DNA of 35,832 nt from Candidatus Bathyarchaeota archaeon. GTDB taxonomy: Archaea > Thermoproteota > Bathyarchaeia > Bathyarchaeales > Bathyarchaeaceae. The stretch covers positions 1 to 35,832 of the forward strand of contig JAOUPL010000002.1 in assembly GCA_029879825.1 (NCBI GenBank), written 5' to 3'. The translations under genes were made by a program, and so were the position numbers. Position 1 is the stretch's first letter. Each line of letters begins with the position of its first letter. The notes beneath the pieces are model-generated. The model was not told where the DNA came from, did not search any database, and worked only from the letters and a program-made list of their open reading frames with translations. Shown one piece after another: positions 19,955 to 28,042 of the stretch.

Positions 19955-20519
19955 TGAGCCCACGAGCAACAAGTCTAGCCACCCTTATGGGTTCAGGAAC
20001 CCTGCAACAAACAGATGTAGCGCGGATCAACCTGCTCGCCCAGTTCATTTCGGCGCCAACAACCTCCACATAAACGGGCGGCTCAGCGGGCATCGAAACA
20101 ACTTCGTATACGGAACCAAGCTTCTCAAAGACCCTCCAGCGAATCCGCCAGTCTTCAAAATGCTGACGAAGGGCATTTTTTACAGCGATATTGTTTGGTT
20201 TCGTTCTCGAAATTACGATGACGGGGTTGCTGAACTCTTCGAAAACAATTGTGGGATCCACCAGATTGAAGCCTGCAAAAGAAACTCCCGCCAGCATAAC
20301 AGCGTCAAAAGACCATCGGTGCAGCATGGAGGTTAATTTCTCTGTAGCGTCCAAACCGTCTACGGTTATCATATCCGCTTGAAAATCGTTGATCCATTTT
20401 CCTCTTAGTAAAACACAAACGAAAAGGGCTTTCTGAATGCCACAACTTTGTAGTTTCCTAGAGAAACCTCCGTCTTCAACTCCTACTACCCGAAACTCCC
20501 GCCAAACATTTAGGGACAT
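19941..20519 (-). CDS. DUF99-family endonuclease V-like protein
   Basis: VGVEDG, ITVDGLDAT, GVSFAGFN.VD and VPEPIRVA motifs. The 5' end overlaps the cdc6 3' end. Confidence 0.85.
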   Translation of the reverse strand: MSLNVWREFRVVGVEDGGFSRKLQSCGIQKALFVCVLLRGKWINDFQADMITVDGLDATEKLTSMLHRWSFDAVMLAGVSFAGFNLVDPTIVFEEFSNPVIVISRTKPNNIAVKNALRQHFEDWRIRWRVFEKLGSVYEVVSMPAEPPVYVEVVGAEMNWASRLIRATSVCCRVPEPIRVARLVARGLTRML

Positions 20520-21726
20520 AATCAATCAAACGCCCGAGTCTATCGTCAGTAGTAAATACTTCTCTAATAAGACTGCGGCCGATACCCAAACGAATTTTTT
20601 TCGTACGTCCATATCGTCCCATGCTTACAACCCTCGCGTTCAACAAGCCTATCATGTCTAATTCGTTAATCAGACCACTAACCCGCCTCTGAGTCAGCGG
20701 AGAAAGGCCAAACTGATCGCAGAGTTCACAATAAATTTCATAAATGTCACCAGTGATGGCACAGCCAACTTTCGCCTTGCCCAACAGATAAACGCTGCAT
20801 AAAACCAATTTTGAGTATAAGGGGAGGTTTACCAAAACTTCTACAATTCGATCATGCTCAACCCTCTTCTCAGCCTGCCTTACGTGATCTTCAGTAACAC
20901 AGGACGATCCCTCCCGCTCTGCTAACTCGCCTGCAACGCGAAGGAGATCTAAGGCCCGTCTAGCGTCACCATGTTCCGCGGCAGCTAAGGCAGCGCACAA
21001 ACTTACAGCACCATCAAGAAGCACCCCCTCAAAAAAGGCCAGTTGAGCACGTTCCCAGAGGATGTCCTGAAGTTCAGCTGCGTCGTAAGGTCTAAAAACT
21101 ATTTCCTCCTCGCTTAGGGAACTCAAAACTCTAGGATCTAGAAACTCCTTGAATCGAAGGTCGTTTGATATCCCCACTATCGCGGTTTTACCGTGGCGAA
21201 GAGTTTCGTTTACTCGGGTTAATTCGTAAAGCAACACATCGCCCCGAACCTTTATTAGCGCATCGATTTCGTCAAGGACAACGATGAAAATATTTTTCTG
21301 TAAGTCCAATCCTTCTTTAAATCTATCAAAAACTTCTCCCACAGCCAAGCCCGTGAAGGGAACCTTCACGCCTAAGGCATCACATAAGCTTGAAAGGACC
21401 CTGTACTCTGTGCCAGCTAAGCGACAGTTTACATAACAAACCTCAACAGGAGCCCCCAATTCACTTGCTTTAACAGAAAGCCTGTTCAGCATATATTTCG
21501 TAGCTGCCGTTTTTCCTGTACCAGTTTTACCGTAGATAAAGATATTGGAGCATCGAGAACTTTTCAAAACAGGAGCAACTATTTCGCCCAGACAATTAAT
21601 CTGTCTCTCACGATGCGGAAGCTTGTCGGGAACATAATCGTGCCGCAGCACTTCCCTGTCCTTAAAAATATGAGTGCCCCTTAGAAATCGTTCAAAAACA
21701 TCATCGAGCACGTCGAGTTCGTCCAT
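20476..21726 (-). CDS. cdc6: Orc1/Cdc6 replication initiator
   Basis: LPHRE, Walker A GKTGTGKT, Walker B VLDEID, LDPRV.SSL, GDARRALDLLR and wHTH GRYGRTK motifs. Confidence 0.97.
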   Translation of the reverse strand: MDELDVLDDVFERFLRGTHIFKDREVLRHDYVPDKLPHRERQINCLGEIVAPVLKSSRCSNIFIYGKTGTGKTAATKYMLNRLSVKASELGAPVEVCYVNCRLAGTEYRVLSSLCDALGVKVPFTGLAVGEVFDRFKEGLDLQKNIFIVVLDEIDALIKVRGDVLLYELTRVNETLRHGKTAIVGISNDLRFKEFLDPRVLSSLSEEEIVFRPYDAAELQDILWERAQLAFFEGVLLDGAVSLCAALAAAEHGDARRALDLLRVAGELAEREGSSCVTEDHVRQAEKRVEHDRIVEVLVNLPLYSKLVLCSVYLLGKAKVGCAITGDIYEIYCELCDQFGLSPLTQRRVSGLINELDMIGLLNARVVSMGRYGRTKKIRLGIGRSLIREVFTTDDRLGRLIDYVPKCLAGVSGSRS

Positions 21727-21905
21727 ACAACAATCACCTACAGGTAAGTGCAGAGGTGATGCCTCAGTTTCAACTCCGACAGATAAAAACTCTCGTACAA
21801 AAAACTAGACGTACCACACACAAAAACAAAGAAAAACGACACTCTCTCAGCAAAAACAATTTGAAGCTGTTTTGTCGACGTAGGAGTCGACTCTCACACC
21901 CTCAC

Positions 21906-21927
21906 ACCCCTATATTTCTTCTGGAAA
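21906..21927 (-). promoter_or_regulatory. ORB element 1
   Basis: Minus strand reads TTTCCAGAAGAAATATAGGGGT, matching the TCCA...GAAA...GGGG ORB pattern. Confidence 0.8.
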
Positions 21928-22088
21928 TAAGTCTCGAAGAAATATGGTATGGCTATTCTTTTATAAGAATAAGTCTCCGCTTGGTTTTTGACTTTTCTAT
22001 ACTTAATGATTATTGTAAAAGACTTTTGAGTATATCCTACAAATTTTTATTTAAAAAGCCAGTCTACGTGTTGGTCACCAGTTCATGA

Positions 22089-22109
22089 GTCCAATGGAAA
22101 TAAAGGGGT
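22089..22109 (+). promoter_or_regulatory. ORB element 2
   Basis: GTCCAATGGAAATAAAGGGGT, close to the canonical ORB with G-string. Confidence 0.85.
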
Positions 22110-22332
22110 AGGAGTGTCAACTTTGACGGAGAATCCTGATGAAAAGACGCAAGTATGCATAACCTTACACTGGATACCTACGGTCAAGGGCAGCTTACAC
22201 ACTCTTTTAATGATTGTGTTAAACATTTAACTTGTTGTAGAATGTTGTGAAGTTAACTTCTAAATGCCTCCTTTTTTCCTCCTTTACTAGGAAAATTAAC
22301 TCCATTATGTGTCGTTGTGCGTTGAAATACGT

Positions 22333-22353
22333 CCCCTAGGCTTCTACTGGAAA
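22333..22353 (-). promoter_or_regulatory. ORB element 3
   Basis: Minus strand reads TTTCCAGTAGAAGCCTAGGGG. Confidence 0.7.
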
Positions 22354-22553
22354 AAGGAGTTCATCAACCGTCTATTCTCCATTTTGAGAAAGTAGGCCTA
22401 AGTGAAGTTTGTGAACCTAATAAACTGCAAATTTTCGTTGATTTCTGCTTTGCGTCGATTTTTCGGTTGTTTTATCGGCGCCCTCTTTACCGTAATTTCT
22501 ATAACTTGTGAAGTGTTAACTTGTAAAGACTTTCGGGGTCATGGGTGCATGGA

Positions 22554-22976
22554 ATGCCGGCTAGAAAAATGCGGGTGGAGATCTTCAACGGCAGCGGGGA
22601 CCGCTACACCATAACTTTTGAGGGCCAGGTGACGAGAGAAAAGGCTCTTCGCCTACTAGACCTCGTTGAGCTCTTAGGAGGTGTGCCCACGGGTAATCCT
22701 GGTTTGAATCGCCCCACATCCGAGTTGTCCAAAATTGACAAAATCCGCCTAGTCGTTGAAAAAAGTTTTCCAATCGGATGGTTTTCTTGTAGGGATGTTC
22801 AATGCACATATGAAGAAGAGTTTAAGGAACCCATCAGCCTGAGCACAGTTTCCACTTACCTGTCTCGAATGGCTGATCGCGGGGTCCTCACCAAAAGCAG
22901 GACTTCCAACCGCCGACGTTATAGGATCATGACTGAAGTGTCCAAAGTATCAAGTTTTATGAAAGATAATAAATAG
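22554..22976 (+). CDS. Origin-adjacent uncharacterised protein with C-terminal winged HTH
   Basis: Small N-domain, G/P linker, then wHTH-like ISLSTVSTYLSRMADRGVL...RRRYRI. Divergent from cdc6. ATG at 22554 preferred. Confidence 0.75.
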   Translation: MPARKMRVEIFNGSGDRYTITFEGQVTREKALRLLDLVELLGGVPTGNPGLNRPTSELSKIDKIRLVVEKSFPIGWFSCRDVQCTYEEEFKEPISLSTVSTYLSRMADRGVLTKSRTSNRRRYRIMTEVSKVSSFMKDNK

Positions 22977-23050
22977 CAGTCAGTTTTTATGATAAATGAC
23001 GTTTCGGTTCCGAATTAGAATCTTTGCATGTTTCTTGAGGGAGAACACAA

Positions 23051-24037
23051 ATGAGTAAAATAAGTGAGGACTTGGCAGAGATGAAGAAAAAACTTGGTGA
23101 ATATGTTAACAAGGGGCGCGTAATAGGTTTTCATGAAGTTAGGAAGGAGCCTGTTATAGCAGTTACGCCTGATAAGTCTAAAATAAAGCCTTTGAGAAAA
23201 ATGAAAAGTTGCGACGTACATTTCATGGCTGTAGACTGTTCAACGAGGACCTTGAAGAGGGCTAATAATTGGGGAATCTACCTATTTCGCACGGCATACG
23301 CTCTAGTGAGGAGACGCGACGTGCATTGGGACTACGAAGAGAGAATTCACACTGTAGTGGGGGATGCCTATGTACGTCGCAAGATATTGCAAGATGTTAG
23401 GCTTAATCTGGAAAGTGAGATAGCTTTAAGGTTGGTTCGTGATGCCGGTGAAAGTAATTACCTACTCCTAGATGGCGCTAGCTACTTTGGTGGAGAGAGA
23501 AAGTTCTGGGTGGAGTTATATGAAAAATGCAAAGAAGAAGGGCTCAAACTTTTAACAATAAGCAAGCAGTCTCCAATGCTTCATGATGAGAAAGGGCGGG
23601 ACTTGATGGCTGCGACGTGCATGCTTTCTCCTTCTTATCCGCTATGGGTCTACTACCCAGTCAAACCAGCAAACATACATGAACATCAGTATGGCGACGT
23701 ATCTATGGTCAAACTTAGTGGAGAAAGTCCACGCATTTTCCGATGCGATATAATGGAATATTTACGCAACTGTGAAATCACTGAGTTACTTTCTCCACTT
23801 ACCTTCGTATCAGAAGATCCTAGATGTCTTGGCTATCCAGTTACTCTTTGGCTGGCTCACGATTTTTCGACTCCATCCGACTCGATGCTTCTTCACTATC
23901 ATGATCAAGTTGAGGAAACGCTAGCCAGTGCCGGGTTGTTAAATGTACTTCGCGTTGAAGAACTCTCATGCAGCTTTCCAGACGAACTTCATGGGGTAAA
24001 ACACCCGTTTCAGCGGGAGTGGATTGAGCATGTCTGA
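23051..24037 (+). CDS. nurA: NurA-like 5'-3' nuclease
   Basis: MAVDCS, LLLDGA, ISKQS and GYP..L.LAH motifs of the NurA family; overlaps the downstream ATPase. Confidence 0.78.
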   Translation: MSKISEDLAEMKKKLGEYVNKGRVIGFHEVRKEPVIAVTPDKSKIKPLRKMKSCDVHFMAVDCSTRTLKRANNWGIYLFRTAYALVRRRDVHWDYEERIHTVVGDAYVRRKILQDVRLNLESEIALRLVRDAGESNYLLLDGASYFGGERKFWVELYEKCKEEGLKLLTISKQSPMLHDEKGRDLMAATCMLSPSYPLWVYYPVKPANIHEHQYGDVSMVKLSGESPRIFRCDIMEYLRNCEITELLSPLTFVSEDPRCLGYPVTLWLAHDFSTPSDSMLLHYHDQVEETLASAGLLNVLRVEELSCSFPDELHGVKHPFQREWIEHV

Positions 24038-25583
24038 GCCTGTAGGGTTTATTCGTGAGGTACGAGGGGATAAGGTTTCGTTCTTCCTTAATCGAGGAGT
24101 CAACCTTTCGTTTGGTCAGATGGTTAGAATAGACTCTGGCAACAGAAGCTTCTATGCCCGTGTGGTGGATGCCGGGAGTTGCTCTACATTAAAAACGGAT
24201 GAGCAACTTCGTGAAGCCGAAGGGAAGGAATCTTTTGGGCCTTACTCCAGCTATAGGCATGTTGACGCCATTCTTTTCCTTGAGAAGGATGCTGGAAGAA
24301 TTCGTTCTCCAACCTTTAATCCTGATTATATGGACAGGGTATACGCAACCAGTCAGGAAGACTATTCGGTTTTGAGGCTTGCAGGGGAGTTAGAGATAGG
24401 ACGTTTGCGTTCTGGAGAGCATGTGCTTGGCTCTGTAGGCATAAGTGTTGAAGCCATACCTTTGATGATGGGCATGTTTGGAATGACAGGCTCTGGGAAA
24501 ACGAATTGTGAATTAATGCTTAACGCACGGATCGTAGATTCTAGTCCAAGGACTGTCGGTCTAATTTTCGATTTTGCAGGTCAACTTCTAGAGGGAAAAG
24601 GAATAAGGCCTCAACAAGGTCTGCGGGATCATCCCCTTTTTCACACCAAGGTTCGCTACTACTCGGTTAGAGAACGGAAGATGCTTATTGGCTTGTATAC
24701 GATTCAACCCCAAAAACTTTACACATTTTTCCCCGACATAACCCATCATCAAGTCAGACTGGCTCATAAACTTTACAACAGATTGGGAAGCACTTGGATA
24801 GAACAGTCGCGAGAAGCCTATGGTAGAGACGGGTATAAAGGAGTGGCTGCGTTCACTGATTACAAAAGCAAAGCTGTGATAGATGCTCTTATGCTTAAGC
24901 TCTCCAGTTTATCCCCAGACCTCTTCCCGCCTTCTGACTACAGTTTTGTCGATGATGTGGTTCAGAATGTAAGTAAAGGCGTCACCTGTCTCATCGACAT
25001 TTCAGGAATCAGTTTTGAGGAGCAGCATCACGTGACTTGCCTTACTGCTTCTAGTGTGGCTTTCCACTACAAGCGGATGTGGGAAGGCAATTTTGAGGAG
25101 TGGAAAAAGCTTCCAACCCTCCTGATAACTCTTGAGGAGGCCCATGAATTCCTTGACCCCAACCTACCTAAAACCATATTTTCTGACATCGCCCTCACAT
25201 ACCGAAAGTATCGGGTCGGACTGAATGCTGTGACTCCGCGGCCTTCAAGAATAAACCCTAACGTCTTCGCCGAGCTTTGGACCAAGGTCATTATGAAGAC
25301 AGAATTGCGCCGCGACAGGGACTACCTTACCCAAAACACGCCCTACCTTGAATACAGCGACACCGAGATAAAAATGCTAGATGTTGGAGAAGCATTACTT
25401 ATCTCAGAACCGCAAATCCGATTCGCTGTTCCGATAAAGGTCATTCACTACCCTGACTACTTGGACGAGAGGGGACGGGTCGAATATGATTTGCCACCGT
25501 CAAAACCACTTTCTGAGATGGACGAAAAACTGAGGAGAATTCAGCAGGCTGGGAAGTCTCTCACTGCGAAAGGTGAAGGCTAA
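24030..25583 (+). CDS. herA: HerA-like ATPase/DNA translocase (FtsK-HerA superfamily)
   Basis: N-terminal beta-rich HAS-barrel-like region, Walker A GMTGSGKT, Walker B ITLEEAHEF, then RKYRVGL..VTPRPS and LDVGEAL. Confidence 0.82.
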   Translation: MSEPVGFIREVRGDKVSFFLNRGVNLSFGQMVRIDSGNRSFYARVVDAGSCSTLKTDEQLREAEGKESFGPYSSYRHVDAILFLEKDAGRIRSPTFNPDYMDRVYATSQEDYSVLRLAGELEIGRLRSGEHVLGSVGISVEAIPLMMGMFGMTGSGKTNCELMLNARIVDSSPRTVGLIFDFAGQLLEGKGIRPQQGLRDHPLFHTKVRYYSVRERKMLIGLYTIQPQKLYTFFPDITHHQVRLAHKLYNRLGSTWIEQSREAYGRDGYKGVAAFTDYKSKAVIDALMLKLSSLSPDLFPPSDYSFVDDVVQNVSKGVTCLIDISGISFEEQHHVTCLTASSVAFHYKRMWEGNFEEWKKLPTLLITLEEAHEFLDPNLPKTIFSDIALTYRKYRVGLNAVTPRPSRINPNVFAELWTKVIMKTELRRDRDYLTQNTPYLEYSDTEIKMLDVGEALLISEPQIRFAVPIKVIHYPDYLDERGRVEYDLPPSKPLSEMDEKLRRIQQAGKSLTAKGEG

Positions 25584-26290
25584 GCCATAGCTTCCCTCTT
25601 CTTCAGGATTTTCTGCATTTCTTCCTTTAGGCGGTAAGTATAGGGCATTTTATGGGTGTCTCTCTCCAAATAGCCGTCTTCATAAAGCTTTTTCATTAGA
25701 CGAGCAGTGTGCTCCCTCGTAAGTTTTATTTTTTCTCTGATTTCAGGCGCCGTTTTTTCACCCTCTTTGGCGATGGTTTCAAGCGCAGTTAGTTCGGTTT
25801 CTGTTAGCGGAGCCAAGGCTTTTTCCTTTTTGATGGGAATAGCCGCCTCTATTCTCGCTTCAGGCACTTGGACTTTATATTTTAGTTTTTCAACCTCCTC
25901 AATTCTTTGTACTATCTTATTTTCCGTCGCTTTTATGTCGTCAACTTTCTTGTTCATCTCCTCGATCTGCGTAGACAATTTCTGTTCAATTGCGGGGGCA
26001 TCTTCAACTATGTTGGCAAGAGTCGCTAATCGCTTATCGTATTCTTCTACCTTCTTCACAACTTTTTCGTTCTCGGAAGAAATTATCTCTATTTTATGGG
26101 TGACTGCACGGAGGCCAGCCGCTTGTCTTTGAAATTGTCTGTTGACGCTCATGGTGATGTCACCCACGGTGTTCTTTGCCTCTTCGTATTCCTCGTGAAC
26201 CCTTCTTATTCGCTTATAGTAAAGGGCAGACGCACCCATTGTGACAAGCAATAGGGCTGTTACAACTATTAGAAGAAGATAGGTGTACAC
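25580..26290 (-). CDS. Membrane-anchored coiled-coil protein with C-terminal winged HTH
   Basis: Hydrophobic N-terminal helix (YLLLIVVTALLLVTMGASALYY) followed by KRIRR, ~110 aa of E/K-rich heptads, then LTETELTAL...TAPEIREKIKLTREHTARLMKKLYEDGYLER. GTG start with a G-rich SD. Confidence 0.82.
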   Translation of the reverse strand: MYTYLLLIVVTALLLVTMGASALYYKRIRRVHEEYEEAKNTVGDITMSVNRQFQRQAAGLRAVTHKIEIISSENEKVVKKVEEYDKRLATLANIVEDAPAIEQKLSTQIEEMNKKVDDIKATENKIVQRIEEVEKLKYKVQVPEARIEAAIPIKKEKALAPLTETELTALETIAKEGEKTAPEIREKIKLTREHTARLMKKLYEDGYLERDTHKMPYTYRLKEEMQKILKKREAMA

Positions 26291-26364
26291 TAAGCCCCCT
26301 CCTCTAATCGTTTAGAAAAAACGAGACGCGCGTTGTAAGGTATAAAATACGGCGTTGACGCAAC

Positions 26365-26496
26365 TGTGATTCGAGTGTGATCCCTTGTGATCTGCATAAT
26401 GTGATCACACATCACATTATCGTATAGATGAACTTAAATTTTATGTTAGAATGGGGGAGAATAACGATAATCAAAATCGTGACATCACACGTCACA
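26365..26496. repeat. TGTGAT/ATCACA repeat clusters A and B
   Basis: TGTGAT at 26365, 26376, 26386, 26400; ATCACA at 26404, 26411, 26484; variants CGTGAC 26478 and GTCACA 26491. Confidence 0.85.
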
Positions 26497-26714
26497 ACAC
26501 GGCCGTAAAAACTCTGCGAGTTCAAAGGACCACATAAGCGTAACTTCTCTTCAACGTTGCTCATTCTTCCTCCATCTACCAAACTGAATCAATGCGAAAG
26601 ATGCTTTGTTTATTTAAAAGGGGCTCAAATTCGAGCTTAAATTACTGTGGTGCGTGTTTACCCTGTGAAGCATCCCAATTCTGGTACTGTGGGATTAATG
26701 CGTCGCGTCTCCGC

Positions 26715-26744
26715 TGTTATACGGTTGTGATTTGTGATATCACA
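26715..26744. repeat. TGTGAT/ATCACA repeat cluster C
   Basis: TGTGATTTGTGATATCACA at 26726-26744, plus variant TGTTAT at 26715. Confidence 0.8.
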
Positions 26745-27213
26745 GCTTTTCTGACATAGTTCTTGGTTTAGATAATTGTTCTAGACTCATTTTCAATTCT
26801 TCATGGAGCATGCTTATTATTCTTAAATGTTCATCTGTTGCTTTTTTCCCAAGGCCTCTATTCGCTTTCATGTAGGCTTGCAATTTGTTTGCAACTTCCA
26901 GATAGGGATCTAGGCGAGTATCCTCAAAAACTCCCAAATATCCTAGAAGAAGAATCGTGTAGATGGATTGAATGACGTTCCACCTAGCTTGCCTCAAAGT
27001 TCTGTTGAAAGCACCACGACTTACGGCTGAAAGCCTTAATCTGGCTTTTTCATCGTATTTTAATGACTTTCCGGATATATTCTCAGCCAAAATGTCAATT
27101 AAAAGTGTTTCTAACTGTGTTTTAGTCAAAATACTGTTTTTCGCTAGTGTTTTTACAATCGGGTCATCTAAAGAGCGTATTAACCATTTTTGCGCCTCCT
27201 CCTTCAAGCGCAA
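26740..27213 (-). CDS. Uncharacterised helical protein with probable HTH
   Basis: LTKTQLETL...YDEKARLR..VSRGAFNRTLRQAR resembles an HTH with recognition helix. TTG at 27213 follows a GAGGTG SD; the track start at 27291 is probably too long. Confidence 0.7.
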   Translation of the reverse strand: MRLKEEAQKWLIRSLDDPIVKTLAKNSILTKTQLETLLIDILAENISGKSLKYDEKARLRLSAVSRGAFNRTLRQARWNVIQSIYTILLLGYLGVFEDTRLDPYLEVANKLQAYMKANRGLGKKATDEHLRIISMLHEELKMSLEQLSKPRTMSEKL

Positions 27214-27247
27214 TATTTCCACCTCAGAGCAGTGTCTAGGGGATACA

Positions 27248-27271
27248 CTTTTGTATACAAGCATACAAAAG
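27248..27271. promoter_or_regulatory. Inverted repeat / putative operator upstream of the HTH gene
   Basis: CTTTTGTAT-ACAAGC-ATACAAAAG (9-bp arms), overlapping palindrome TTGTATACAA at 27251-27260. Confidence 0.5.
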
Positions 27272-27544
27272 GTTTGTGGTTTCTTCCTCAACGGGCCGTA
27301 TGCATTTGTTTAACTCAATACTGTGAAAATATACAAATATGAAAAAACTTTGTACGGAAAAAATCGAAGTAACAAAAAGACTCTTTTTTTTCAAACACTC
27401 TCAAAAACGATCATGGAGCATCATGGCCTTTGTTGTTCATTATTCTTTCTTCCTCACGCAATGTGTTTTGGTGTTATTCGTCTGGGTTAGAATTGCGAAA
27501 CTCACAGGGCTTGGTGGTCCCCCTCGTTGGGGAAAGGAAACGCG

Positions 27545-27700
27545 GTCACGTTTTGTCCTGTGACTCGAACGTGTGGCGATGTTACAGGTGTGATGGTATA
27601 TTTGAGAAAAATGACTTTAGGGTATGCTGATGGTGTGATTTTTTTCTGATCACAGGAAGATCACGTGTGATTGTCACAAATGTCAAAACCGTGATATCAC
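27545..27700. repeat. TGTGAT/ATCACA repeat cluster D
   Basis: TGTGAT at 27589, 27634, 27666; ATCACA 27649; variants GTCACG 27545, TGTGAC 27559, ATCACG 27660, GTCACA 27673; palindrome GTGATATCAC 27691-27700. Confidence 0.82.
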
Positions 27701-28033
27701 TTAGATGGAGAGCTCCCCTCTTTCAAGAAGTTCTTTCAATTCTCTCTCCACCTTCTCGTTCTTTCTAGGCGTTTCAAGCAATTGATGCACAGCATACCCA
27801 TCTTTTCGTAGGTCCGCCGTTAACGTCCTCATTTCAAGCTCTTGGGCGCGAATACTCGGATGCGTCTTCACGGTTGTGTAAACCCGTAGGATGTTTGCTA
27901 TGGTGGCCTCTTGAAAAATTAGAACTAGTCCGTTTTTCAGTTTCATAGAGATCCGCAGGTGCTTATGACCTTCCGGCACTCCTACCAATATTTTGTTCAC
28001 GTCCTCGTTGCGAATTATGCGAATTTTGTTCAT
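27701..28033 (-). CDS. Hypothetical protein, last gene of the nadE-nitrilase string
   Basis: 110-aa ORF starting 9 bp after the nitrilase stop; protein-like segments PEGHKHLR and FQEATIANI.R...VKTHP. Confidence 0.75.
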   Translation of the reverse strand: MNKIRIIRNEDVNKILVGVPEGHKHLRISMKLKNGLVLIFQEATIANILRVYTTVKTHPSIRAQELEMRTLTADLRKDGYAVHQLLETPRKNEKVERELKELLERGELSI

Positions 28034-28042
28034 GAAGGCGCC

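Larger units (their letters stand above)
21900..22360. other. Putative chromosomal replication origin (oriC) with AT-rich unwinding element at about 21930-22085
   Basis: Lies in the ~830-bp intergenic region upstream of cdc6. Three ORB-like boxes; the first two are inverted around an AT-rich segment. Confidence 0.85.

Noticed and set aside
21756-22088. 110-aa ORF upstream of cdc6
   Set aside because: Runs through ORB1 and the AT-rich element with low-complexity K/F/L composition; likely spurious.
27339-27630. Short plus-strand ORFs (74 and 66 aa) and a CCCC-TCGTT-GGGG hairpin as a possible ncRNA
   Set aside because: No SD or motifs, overlap with the repeat region, and the hairpin is too short to support an RNA call.
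26365-27700. CRISPR array or CRP boxes as explanation for the TGTGA/TCACA repeats
   Set aside because: Units are only 6-7 bp with irregular gaps, there are no 25-40 bp repeats with spacers and no cas genes. Spacing does not match TGTGA-N6-TCACA.
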